Shown here piece by piece: positions 54,970-64,000 of a stretch of 64,000 nucleotides of DNA. Location of the stretch: positions 128,001-192,000 of IMG/VR virus record IMGVR_UViG_3300009709_000001, one strand, 5' to 3'. A program made the translations under genes and the position numbers. How positions within the stretch are numbered: the first letter of the stretch is position 1; every line of letters starts with the position of its first letter. The DNA comes from a virus. Its lineage: Duplodnaviria; Heunggongvirae; Uroviricota; Caudoviricetes. The notes under the pieces are model-generated. The model was not told where the DNA came from. It made no database searches and was given only the letters and a program-made list of their open reading frames with translations.

Positions 54970-55530
54970 TTATTCTCCGTAAATCTTTGGCCAACCACTC
55001 ATTACATCTATACTCATTGGATCTGAACTTGCCAATGCTGCTTGTCTTTTCTGCTCAGCAACTGCGTGAATTGTCACATCGGATGTGACAGCGGCTTGGA
55101 ATACCTGTGCTGCAAGAGTAGGAGTCATATTCACAAAATCACCCGACATTGTTTTCCACATAAGATTGGCTGGTAAATTCTGTCCAATCATAACTAGACC
55201 AATCTGCTGTGTTCTAGAAAATGTGTCAGGGTGGTACCAGTAGTTTCCTACCTTATAACCACCCTCGGTCTTTCTCCTATCACGTTCATTCTTAATTTGT
55301 TCCCACATGAAATCTTTTTGCTCTTGAAGGATCAAGGCTGCATAGGTTTCGGAATCGGGTGTATTAATCTGATTTGTTTCGGTAAAGATCCATTTTGCAG
55401 GACCGATTTCCATTGCAAATTCTTCATTATCGAAAATAGGATCTATAATCCAATTAGAATCATTTACAATATCCGGAAATGAATCAGTGCTGGATCATTC
55501 GAGTGTAATCTTGTTAAATGCTCTACTCAT
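54970..55530 (-). CDS. tail-fibre-assembly-like protein (DUF4376-type); N-terminal extension contains an in-frame TGA (55495-55497)
   Basis: IKNERDRR..GG...WKTMSGDFV; upstream MSRAFNKITLE*SSTDSFPD is in frame and TAATG-coupled. Confidence 0.6.
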
Positions 55531-55676
55531 TAATAGGCCTCTATGGTATGATAGTATTTGGTAACTGTACTTGTGGCACCATTCTGAGTACAGGTGATTA
55601 ATAATGTCTGGGCGGTTGTGCTATTCACTGCCGAGGTGCCAGAAATTGCAGGCCCGGTAGCAATCTTGGTAGAAAT

Positions 55677-55970
55677 TTGCCGCAGGAATGGAAAGATAAC
55701 ATAGGTAAAGGCCAATTAGGCAAACCTAAGAAAAAAGGCAATACAAGTAGTTTCAAAGGAAAATCTCATTCCGAGGAATTTAAGAAAGAAATGAGTAATC
55801 GCAGGAAGGGTGTTGCCGCAAGGACGGGTATCCCTTTTTCAGACGAAACTAAAAAGATGATGTCCGAAAATAGAAAAGGTAAATCTAAACAACCATGGTC
55901 TGAGGAGCGTAAGGAAGCAAGAAGAAGACTCCTATTAGACAAAAAGAATAGTCAAGAAAAAAGCCCCTAA
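55677..55970 (+). pseudogene. NUMOD3-repeat remnant of a homing endonuclease
   Basis: FKGKSHSEEFKKEMS and SDETKKMMSE, with no catalytic domain. Confidence 0.55.
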
Positions 55971-55984
55971 TTTAGGGGCTTTTT
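55958..55984. terminator. bidirectional terminator after the major capsid gene
   Basis: AAAAAGCCCCTAA-T-TTAGGGGCTTTTT. Confidence 0.75.
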
Positions 55985-56030
55985 CATTTTTACGAACTAC
56001 GCTTGTAGCACCATTAAATCTGGAGTCGAT

Positions 56031-57203
56031 TTAATAGAACTTGAGTGTCGAGCTGTCGATACCAACCTTCGAGAGATAGTCGGCCGCGTTACCGAACGAG
56101 TTAGCGGTGTTGGTAAGTTCCAAGTAACCGTAACGTGTCATGAACGAAACAACTGGTTCGAAAGTCTGTGGATCCATAACTGGACCAACGCTCATCAATG
56201 GGATGTATGGGCAGTAATAAGCTGCTGCGTCGGTTTCGGTAGGTCCCTTGTAACCCAAGAGAACTGGATCGCTGTCGCCTGCGTACTGGTTAACGTAGAC
56301 GCGCATTGTGCTGTTCAAAGTACCAACGAACTTGGTGTTAGTTGGAGCTTCGAAAGTACCTTCAGTGGTACGTGCGAACGACGAAGTTGTTGCAGACTGA
56401 AGAATTGTCAACGCTGTTGGCGAAACAACTGCCCAGTTAGCAGCACCACGACGTGTACGTGCAGCGATCAAGTTAGCTTGCTGGTTGATCATAACTGCAA
56501 GAGCAGCCATTTCATCACCAACATAGGTTGCTGTACCAGATACAGCGGCTTGATTAAATGTAGTTGGAGCGACAGGAACCAATGCACCCAACTTGAAGAG
56601 CATTTCCTGGTCGATTTCAACTGTGATTTCTTGTGCAAGAGCTTGCATGATTTCGGCTTCAATGTCGATACCATGGATTGCGTTAGCATCTTGGGCCGCT
56701 TCGAAGGTCCAGCGAGCCGACAACCTACGTGTCTTAGCTTCGACGGTTTCCTTCAAGATCTGGATGCTCATCTTGTTACCTGGAACGCCTTCAAGACGTG
56801 CGGTAGATGCTGCACCTGGATCTGCAACTACTTCGTTACCCGAATATGCTTTCGCAATTTCGAATGGACCAAGAGCTTCAGTACCAGCGGTTACACCAGC
56901 TGCGGTGTTAGCATAGCGAACACGCAAAGTGTGGATTTGGCCGACTGGACCAGTCATTGGCTGAACGCCCATGATTTCGTTAGCGATAACGGTTGGCATA
57001 ACACGTCTGATCAACGGAAGCATTACCTTGTTGAGTACAGCGATGTTACCTGCTTGGGTTGCGCCAGCGGTTGCCGATTCAGCCAAGTAACGGCGTGTAT
57101 TTTCGAACACGACGTCCATTGCTTGACGGCGAGTACCGTTAAGGCCTTCTAGAAGGGCTTCTTTTGTTGCGCCCCAGTTTGATTCAAATAGCTTAGTTGC
57201 CAT
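56031..57203 (-). CDS. major capsid protein (T4 gp23-like)
   Basis: GVQPMTGPVGQI, VEAKTRRLSARWTFEAAQD, YCPYIPL and FMTRYG. Confidence 0.95.
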   Translation of the reverse strand: MATKLFESNWGATKEALLEGLNGTRRQAMDVVFENTRRYLAESATAGATQAGNIAVLNKVMLPLIRRVMPTVIANEIMGVQPMTGPVGQIHTLRVRYANTAAGVTAGTEALGPFEIAKAYSGNEVVADPGAASTARLEGVPGNKMSIQILKETVEAKTRRLSARWTFEAAQDANAIHGIDIEAEIMQALAQEITVEIDQEMLFKLGALVPVAPTTFNQAAVSGTATYVGDEMAALAVMINQQANLIAARTRRGAANWAVVSPTALTILQSATTSSFARTTEGTFEAPTNTKFVGTLNSTMRVYVNQYAGDSDPVLLGYKGPTETDAAAYYCPYIPLMSVGPVMDPQTFEPVVSFMTRYGYLELTNTANSFGNAADYLSKVGIDSSTLKFY

Positions 57204-57217
57204 TGTATTTCTCCTAA

Positions 57218-58336
57218 TTATTTTCTAATTCCGGCTAAGGACAAAATATGTTTCAATTCTGAGGACTCATCAGTTCCCTCAATTTGAGCGACCTTCGCTC
57301 TGTTACCTGTATTGGCTGACAATGTTGCCTCGTTCAACTGTGTCTTGTTAGACGCAGGTTTACGTTCAGCGGCTTCACTGAGAACGCTTGGTAGATACTT
57401 GTTGTATGCACCTTGCAAATTCTTTGTCTGTACCGATTCAAGCAATTCTTTCATTACCTCTTTCTTGTCCTTAGACAATGGAGCAAGTAATTCGTTCATA
57501 ACTTTCTGTCTTTCGACTAGATCTTGAGTTGCTTTCAACTTGGTGTCGAGACCTTCCATCAAGTTCTTGTTCTTCTTAACCGATTCGTTAAGAGTTGCAA
57601 GTTCCTTGTTCTTAGATTCCAATACCTTCTGAAGCTTCTTAAGCTCTGTACCTTCATTGAGATACGAAGTCATGAATTCAGCTGCAACACTTTCAAAGAT
57701 CTTACGACCGAAATCGTTTTCACGGGCAACACGAATGTCTTCCTTGAACTGACCAATTTCAGAACGCAAAGTCTTTTCGATGTTCGACTCGACGATCTGA
57801 GCTGCACGCTTGATAAACTGTGCCTTTGTTTCTTGTAGCTTCTGCTTGCCTTCTGCAACCATTTTGACTTTCTGTTCCACGAGGGACTTCTTGTCTGCAC
57901 GGAACTCGCGAATTTCTTCTGCAAGTTGCTTCAAAAGGAAGTTTTCCAACTTTCTGAAGTTTTCCTTCATTGCGACCTTTTCGTCGCGGAATTCCTTCAT
58001 TTCCTTAGCTACGGCTTCTGTGATGAACTTGTTTAGCATTCCAGTGTGTTCAACGAGCTTGCTTTTGTAAGCAATTCGTTCTGCGACAAGTTTTCTCTTG
58101 TCTTCGGCGAATTCTTCGAGTTCAACGCGGACTTTGTCTGTCAAGAAACGATCCATTGACTCAACAATGACACCCTTGTCGTGTTCGAATCTACGAGCAA
58201 ATTCCTCACGGAGTGTTGCTGCAACTTCTTCACGAGCTTCAGATAGTCTTGCTTCCCACAAACCAACAATCTGGTTACGGGCGTCTTCGGACAGTCCAAC
58301 GCTTTCACTCAAGATCTCATCAATTTTCTTTGCCAT
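57218..58336 (-). CDS. prohead core scaffold protein (gp22-like)
   Basis: Long coiled coil between protease and capsid genes. Confidence 0.8.
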   Translation of the reverse strand: MAKKIDEILSESVGLSEDARNQIVGLWEARLSEAREEVAATLREEFARRFEHDKGVIVESMDRFLTDKVRVELEEFAEDKRKLVAERIAYKSKLVEHTGMLNKFITEAVAKEMKEFRDEKVAMKENFRKLENFLLKQLAEEIREFRADKKSLVEQKVKMVAEGKQKLQETKAQFIKRAAQIVESNIEKTLRSEIGQFKEDIRVARENDFGRKIFESVAAEFMTSYLNEGTELKKLQKVLESKNKELATLNESVKKNKNLMEGLDTKLKATQDLVERQKVMNELLAPLSKDKKEVMKELLESVQTKNLQGAYNKYLPSVLSEAAERKPASNKTQLNEATLSANTGNRAKVAQIEGTDESSELKHILSLAGIRK

Positions 58337-58347
58337 CTTGAGTTCTC

Positions 58348-58980
58348 CTAAATTTTTAACTCTTGAATAAATCTCTGAATGTCTTTCATGAGTTGTTTCT
58401 GAGCTGCTGCTTCAGTCAATGCTTCCCTTGCGGTGGTAATGATTCTGCTGCCGCCCTTCATATTGAAAAGACTTTCATATATCGTTCTAGGGAACGCATT
58501 CGGAGCACTTGGTTGTGCAACAATGTCGACAGTAATAATTTCGAAATCCGAAACAGTACCATCGTCATTTACGTTTCCAGAACCACGGGATGAAACGCCC
58601 AACTTTGCGCCCGATAGCAATAGTGTCTTTACAATATTGCCCACCGGAGTTGGAACGATTTTCAACTTACCGTATCCATCAGCGCCATCCATCCACATTT
58701 CTGTGATTAGATGACTTACGCGGTCAAGGTTAATAGAAAGTTCTTCAGGGTGATCAAGTTCACCCATAACCGACTGACCTACGTTTAATTTTTCGGTAAT
58801 AGAGTTAACAGCCCTGGCAATTTCTCGAACAGGATACACGCGCTGGTTTTGGTTTCTTACGTCACCCTGAATAAAGATACCCTTCATGCAGAGATCTTTA
58901 CCGCCAGTCTTGTTATCCTCTTCGAGCAATTGGACGTGTGCCTTGTCGAACGACAGATACTCGTACAGTTTATTTGCCAT
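58348..58980 (-). CDS. prohead protease (gp21-like)
   Basis: NQNQRVY, GELDHP, GVSSRGSG and DIVAQPSAPNA. Confidence 0.9.
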   Translation of the reverse strand: MANKLYEYLSFDKAHVQLLEEDNKTGGKDLCMKGIFIQGDVRNQNQRVYPVREIARAVNSITEKLNVGQSVMGELDHPEELSINLDRVSHLITEMWMDGADGYGKLKIVPTPVGNIVKTLLLSGAKLGVSSRGSGNVNDDGTVSDFEIITVDIVAQPSAPNAFPRTIYESLFNMKGGSRIITTAREALTEAAAQKQLMKDIQRFIQELKI

Positions 58981-58995
58981 AACTTCTATCTATCC

Positions 58996-60018
58996 TTAAG
59001 ATGGCTTCTTGGTTAGAGGAGACTTAGTGAAACCTGGGCCTGCTGCCTTACCGCCGGTATACTTGGCAGTTGTGTCAGCCTTGATGCCTGATTTCTTTGG
59101 TTCAACCTTAACGTTATCGGTAGGGGTGTCATCTTTAGCAGAGTCACCATTGTACTTGCCGTATTCACCGCCTGTACCACCGTTACCACCAATCTTAGTT
59201 GGCTTTCCACCGTAATCCTTGCGAGCTGGGATATTGGTATAAGGAGACTTGTCTTGTTCAGCACCTAGCGGAGTATTCTTCCCGGTACCAACTAGACCTG
59301 CCTTACCCTTTTGACCGGTATCAGCAACCTTTTGCAAGAATTGGGTTTCTTCATCAACCTTCTTGTCTTTCTTCTTGTCTTTTGCCTGTGGAGCAACTTC
59401 AAGTTTCTTGTCTTTCTTCTTTTCGTGCATGACTGCTACGACTTCACCAACGACTTGTTCTTGTCCACCCATATCAGGTGCACCGCCCATATCGCCCATT
59501 CCGCCGTCGCCGAATTCGTCTTCGATGCCACTCATTTCATCGCCTAGATCAGCGTGTTGTGGTTCCATCATTTCTTCGCCCATAAGTGCGTCGAATTCTG
59601 CACGTAGTTCAGCTAGTTGAGACTCTAGGTCTTCGACGCGATCTTCCACGCTGCCGTCGCCCATACCATCATCTTCGCCGCCGAAAGCGTCATCGCCGCC
59701 TTCTTCATCATCTGCTTCGCCGTCATCTTCGCTATCGTCAGATCCAGCTTCGCCGTCGTTTTCTTCGTCAGCGTCTACTTCGTCTTTATCAGCACCGATT
59801 TCATCAGTAAAGTCTTTATTTGGTTCACCACCAACTTCATCGCTTTCTGTAAGCTCTTCATCGTCATCTTTGACTTCGTCTTCGTCGACGATGCTTTCAT
59901 AGATGGTTCGTGCTTTTTCTACAATGATTTGATGGAGAAGTTCAGCTGCCTGGTCTGAATCTTCGCTAAGTAGCAAATCCAGTACCTTTTCAAGCTTCTG
60001 TTGTTGTGACATGCCCAA
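58996..60018 (-). CDS. acidic prohead core protein
   Basis: Very Asp/Glu-rich; located between portal and protease. Confidence 0.6.
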   Translation of the reverse strand: MGMSQQQKLEKVLDLLLSEDSDQAAELLHQIIVEKARTIYESIVDEDEVKDDDEELTESDEVGGEPNKDFTDEIGADKDEVDADEENDGEAGSDDSEDDGEADDEEGGDDAFGGEDDGMGDGSVEDRVEDLESQLAELRAEFDALMGEEMMEPQHADLGDEMSGIEDEFGDGGMGDMGGAPDMGGQEQVVGEVVAVMHEKKKDKKLEVAPQAKDKKKDKKVDEETQFLQKVADTGQKGKAGLVGTGKNTPLGAEQDKSPYTNIPARKDYGGKPTKIGGNGGTGGEYGKYNGDSAKDDTPTDNVKVEPKKSGIKADTTAKYTGGKAAGPGFTKSPLTKKPS

Positions 60019-60184
60019 TCTCTCCTTGATCAGTTAAAGTTCCAATTACTACTTTAGTAGTATTCTAGGTATTTAACGCGAGAGATGGGATTAGTGGTGG
60101 AAATGGGTCAGAAAGACGCCATTTTGGGATTTTGATCGTTCTAATGATTATTTAGTGACGGCTGAACTGAGATAAAAATCCGCT

Positions 60185-60412
60185 TTATAGGCCGCCAGGT
60201 GCACCAGCTGCAGGTTCTGCAGAAACACCGTACATATCAGGAAGGAAATCAAGATGCTGAGCTTTTTCATATTTTTCGGCATCTCTTGACTTACGAAGTT
60301 TCTGCAAATGTGTCATAGTCAGGCGTGGACGACGGGTGTCATCCATTTTCGCCTGGCCAAGTTTATCGTCGGCTGGATCGTAAAATTCAACTAAGAGGTC
60401 TTTTGCTTTCAT
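60185..60412 (-). CDS. small head-module protein
   Basis: DTRRPRLT...KLRK...MYG. Confidence 0.6.
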   Translation of the reverse strand: MKAKDLLVEFYDPADDKLGQAKMDDTRRPRLTMTHLQKLRKSRDAEKYEKAQHLDFLPDMYGVSAEPAAGAPGGL

Positions 60413-60430
60413 ACCTGTATTTACCTATTA

Positions 60431-62161
60431 CTAGCCGCCAAAGCCGTTGACTTCATCGTCTGATACTTCACCTGGAGTTTCTCCGCCGGGCAATTCTTCA
60501 TCTTCTGGAGACATATTGTCAATGCCAGAACTTGTAATACCGACATCAGAAAGTCCAGTAGGTGCTGATCCACCAACACCTGGTGCTCCACCGCCACCCA
60601 ATCCTGCATCAGGTGCAAAGGTCTTGGTAAGTCTGCTACGCTCTTCCTTCCACATACGCTCGTTCTTTTCAAGCTGTGCTTCTGTCCATCCCAAATATTC
60701 GATAAGAATAAATCTCTTCGAAACATAAGGAACATCCATTAGAGCAGTGAAAGTATTAATTCTTGCAGAATCGAGTTCTAGTTGACGATATTCAGAGAAC
60801 GATTGCGGAGGTGTAAATTCAATGTCGAACAAACTGTTGTCGATAGAAACACCACGATGCTTCAAGAACAACTTGAATTCCATATCCAATGGCTCGATAA
60901 CTTGTTGCTGATAACGAGAAACAACTTTAGCGAAACGGAATTCCTGAATAAATGCCGAACCCACACGACCGTCATTAACGGTTGCTGTTCCGTCTTCCGG
61001 ACCTGTCGGAAGATACGAGCTTGGAACACCAAGCGCACGAAGCATCTTGTTATTGAAATAACGCAAGTCATCAATATCACCAAGATTTTCACCGCCCGGT
61101 AGAACTTCAACTTTGGAACCACGGCCTTCACTGGTTACAGCAAAGAAGTAGTCTTCAAGAATCGACATTGGATTATATGTAGAATCTACAACGTTTGCAC
61201 CGCCGCCAGTTCTGCTAGGAATACGTTTCTGTTGAACTTCATAACGAATACGTTCTAGGTATTGCGATGCCTTGTTAGGTGGCATGGTACCGACGTCAAT
61301 GAAGAAAACACGACGTTCAGGTGCACGGTGAACACGATAGATAAGAATCGCATCTTCTAACAATTCCTTCTGTTTGTAAACCTTATAGATTTGTTCCAGA
61401 ATACTTAGACCAAAAGGCCAAGCTGCATTCATACCATCAGTGAGAGATAGTTGGACAATGTGTTCAGCATCTACTGCCAAGGCGCCACCGTCCTGATAGT
61501 TCGCTGTTCCGGCTCCACCGTAACCACCAGAAATGTAATTCATATTACCTTGCATTGGCGGCGAAAACACGACACTGTTGGATCCAAATGCTTCATTTGA
61601 AACTTTGTTAAGTTGGTTTGTGGCAACCATACTCTTAACATTTAGGTCTACATCCTTAATGAAATAGCTTTCAATTTTCTTACCATCGCTTTCGTTAACG
61701 ATAACCTTTTCGACCTTAGCCGGGTCAACCCAATAAAGTTCGAATGTTTCAGGATCGCGAATGAAAAACTGATCACCGTACTGTAATGTCGATCTAAACA
61801 TTCTCCATAGACGTTTGGTTAGTTTATTCAATCTAACCCATTGTCCTAGAGATTTTTCTAGAATCTGAATTTCAGATGGTGTAGGATCATCATTATATTT
61901 GATAACCAATGGCAATTGAGTTGTTTCGTCGTTTTCTGTTCCAAAGTCGGCAATAGTATCTAACGCCGCGCTGATTTCATGATCGAAATTCATCTGATCA
62001 TAAACAGAATATCTTTGCAGACGATCCGGCGGACCAGAATATACTTCCGGTAGCCAGTTACTATACTTCGCTGTCGAAGCATATGCAGAGGTACTATCAA
62101 CAGTTCTTTGTGCAGCCGGAAGAACTGAGTTTACAGGACGAAACATTTTCTTCCAAGTCAT
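60431..62161 (-). CDS. portal protein (T4 gp20-like)
   Basis: LEDAILIYRVHRAPERRVFFIDVGTMP, EDYFF and LPGGENLG. Confidence 0.95.
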   Translation of the reverse strand: MTWKKMFRPVNSVLPAAQRTVDSTSAYASTAKYSNWLPEVYSGPPDRLQRYSVYDQMNFDHEISAALDTIADFGTENDETTQLPLVIKYNDDPTPSEIQILEKSLGQWVRLNKLTKRLWRMFRSTLQYGDQFFIRDPETFELYWVDPAKVEKVIVNESDGKKIESYFIKDVDLNVKSMVATNQLNKVSNEAFGSNSVVFSPPMQGNMNYISGGYGGAGTANYQDGGALAVDAEHIVQLSLTDGMNAAWPFGLSILEQIYKVYKQKELLEDAILIYRVHRAPERRVFFIDVGTMPPNKASQYLERIRYEVQQKRIPSRTGGGANVVDSTYNPMSILEDYFFAVTSEGRGSKVEVLPGGENLGDIDDLRYFNNKMLRALGVPSSYLPTGPEDGTATVNDGRVGSAFIQEFRFAKVVSRYQQQVIEPLDMEFKLFLKHRGVSIDNSLFDIEFTPPQSFSEYRQLELDSARINTFTALMDVPYVSKRFILIEYLGWTEAQLEKNERMWKEERSRLTKTFAPDAGLGGGGAPGVGGSAPTGLSDVGITSSGIDNMSPEDEELPGGETPGEVSDDEVNGFGG

Positions 62162-62664
62162 TTTACTCTCCTGTTTTGTGCTTCACGTCGAGCAGCCGAC
62201 CACGGCTGACCTTTCTTAGTTTCAGAAATCTTTTGATTTCTTCCATCATCGATTCTTCCCATATTTGCCTTTCTAATATTTTCGGCATGCTCTGCAGACT
62301 TTTTCTTTCTGTAGTTTTTCTTCTGTTCTTCGGTCCTAATCTTGCCAGAATTTCCTTTAGAGATTTTTATTCTAGATTCGATACTTAATTTCTTTCCTAG
62401 CATACCCCTAGGACTCGCATGACCGCCATGTATCTTATTTTCAAGTATTCCAGTTCCATCAATCTTTAAACCATAAAATTCAGTAAGTTCTCGTTCGATA
62501 CAAAGCGCTTCCTGTTCGGTAAGATTAAATTTAATTATTTCAATCTGAGATTTATCTTTAGGAACCCTTTGTCCACGGTGTAAATCATAAGCTCTATTAC
62601 CGTGACCCATACCGATATAATATGGCTGTCCATTTTCCATATATCGATAAACATAATAGCTCAT
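62158..62664 (-). CDS. GIY-YIG homing endonuclease
   Basis: YYVYRY...YYIGMG...RA...E...N, plus NUMOD-like repeats. Confidence 0.75.
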   Translation of the reverse strand: MSYYVYRYMENGQPYYIGMGHGNRAYDLHRGQRVPKDKSQIEIIKFNLTEQEALCIERELTEFYGLKIDGTGILENKIHGGHASPRGMLGKKLSIESRIKISKGNSGKIRTEEQKKNYRKKKSAEHAENIRKANMGRIDDGRNQKISETKKGQPWSAARREAQNRRVK

Positions 62665-64000
62665 TGGTTTCTCGTATATCTCAAAATATCCTTGTTAACG
62701 GCAAGCAAGCCATTAATACCAAGAAGAATTTGTTCCTGTAACAACCCTTGATAATTGAGTAGACTATTTATGTCAGTGTTACGGGCGGCTTTCTCAAGAC
62801 TTGATCCAGGTTGCGACGATGGAATACTTGCAGCCATTTCAGTATTTGTCGAAGGCTGTTCTTCCTTGGGTGCATTTCCTGCCGATGGACTATCGATTGT
62901 AGAACGCATCGGTGTTTTCGGAACTGTAACAACTTTCTCTAGTGTCGACTGTTTTGCCTGAGCAGGAGGTGTTACTACAACCACTGTAGGTTGTTGTGTC
63001 TGAGGTTGTGGTGTAGGTTTTGTATTTTGTTTATCTACTCTTGCCTTACGTTCTTCGTCAGCCTTGGCTTCTTGTTCTTCTAACTTTCTGCGACCCTCAA
63101 TTCGATCTCTCGCATCGGAACCAATTGATCCCGGAATATAGGAAAGAAGTTTATCGATTGCTTGGAAAACAAAATCGAACAATTTTGTTACAAATTCAAA
63201 TTTACTTAGAATTTTATTAAGTTGAGTTCCAATCATGTAACCAATGTCGAAAGCACCCCATAGGGCCCCAAGTACACCAAGGAAACGGCCTGCAAAGCCG
63301 AGAACTTTTCCTAAGAAGGCACCTAGGTCTGCAAGGATAGGTCCAACTCTAGAAAGTAAACCTTCAAACAATGTTCCGATACTTCCAAAGAATTTAGAAA
63401 ACACATTCTTAATCCAGGATCCAGCAGCAACAATACCATCGACGATTGCCGAAAATGCATTCTTAAACCAAGTGCCGATATTAGAACCTATCCCGGTAAT
63501 TGCATTCTTAAGCCATGTACCAGCAGAAACAATTCCATCACCCACTGCTGAAATCTTGGATAGAATATTTGCCCATAGGTTAGTTAGCTTTGTGCCCATT
63601 CCGGAAAACGCAGAAGAAATAAATTCTCCGGCGGCCATAAACGGTCGTTTAATAAATCCAAAAATTGCTTTCGCACCATTTGCAATTCCGGAACCAAGAC
63701 TCTTAAATGCTCGAGTAACTACACCCTTACCATTTAATAATTTCGAAGTAATAGCATCAAATTTTCTAATTGCCAAAGTTACCGATGCAATTAGACCAGT
63801 TGCAATAACACCGACACCAATCCAGCTTCTTGTCTCACCATTAATTTTACCAATGACACCATAGATAGCATCATTGAGTAATTTCATTGCACCGGTTACA
63901 GCGTTAACTTGAGATTCGAGTGGGAAGAATGCTGCTTGAAGACTTGCTGTAAACTTTTCAACCTGAGTTTGCAGGCCGGCAATAGTTGCTTCAGTCTTGG
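62661..64000 (-). CDS. C-terminal part of a tape-measure-like protein (5' partial)
   Basis: Amphipathic helical repeats with periodic W/F; frame open to the window edge. Confidence 0.6.
   Translation of the reverse strand, partial: KTEATIAGLQTQVEKFTASLQAAFFPLESQVNAVTGAMKLLNDAIYGVIGKINGETRSWIGVGVIATGLIASVTLAIRKFDAITSKLLNGKGVVTRAFKSLGSGIANGAKAIFGFIKRPFMAAGEFISSAFSGMGTKLTNLWANILSKISAVGDGIVSAGTWLKNAITGIGSNIGTWFKNAFSAIVDGIVAAGSWIKNVFSKFFGSIGTLFEGLLSRVGPILADLGAFLGKVLGFAGRFLGVLGALWGAFDIGYMIGTQLNKILSKFEFVTKLFDFVFQAIDKLLSYIPGSIGSDARDRIEGRRKLEEQEAKADEERKARVDKQNTKPTPQPQTQQPTVVVVTPPAQAKQSTLEKVVTVPKTPMRSTIDSPSAGNAPKEEQPSTNTEMAASIPSSQPGSSLEKAARNTDINSLLNYQGLLQEQILLGINGLLAVNKDILRYTRNQ

Noticed and set aside
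4346-63864. Long antisense ORFs such as 4346..5011, 41182..42174, 48984..49541, 56478..57152 and 63244..63864
   Set aside because: These are shadow frames opposite clear minus-strand genes.
1-64000. Genome-wide stop-codon reassignment (code 4, 15 or 25)
   Set aside because: Long conserved genes are intact in code 11 and many end at TGA or TAG, so only local readthrough is supportable.

Overview
This window is part of a large T4-superfamily (jumbo) myophage genome, probably infecting a Gram-negative proteobacterium. Positions 47-64 kb hold virion genes: tail fibres, neck and tail terminator, major capsid, scaffold, protease, portal and a tape-measure-like gene. Positions 0.4-46.9 kb are a minus-strand translation island. 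It carries about 45 tRNAs covering all 20 amino acids, including an amber (CUA) suppressor, plus many aberrant tRNA-like RNAs, a two-piece tmRNA with SmpB, RNase P RNA, and ROOL-like and GOLLD-like large RNAs. It also encodes an RNA ligase, two Pth2-type proteins, an RF1-like release factor, HNH endonucleases and a cluster of modification enzymes. Four signals stand out. (1) At the head of the tRNA array, a 51-codon leader ORF uses all 20 amino acids and is followed by overlapping antiterminator and terminator hairpins, a candidate attenuator that senses shortage of any tRNA. (2) Twelve small RNAs share one terminal-stem/CAGCAA scaffold but carry different tRNA parts: anticodon loops, circularly permuted tRNAs, and in one case the scaffold inserted into a tRNA. 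(3) The release-factor gene has an in-frame UGA at its conserved Trp, and two tRNA-Trp genes have features linked to UGA readthrough. (4) Eight ORFs have stop codons inside the downstream tRNA. All calls were made by eye without database searches. A few frameshifts and deletions suggest gene decay or assembly error, so single-base claims need read-level checking.
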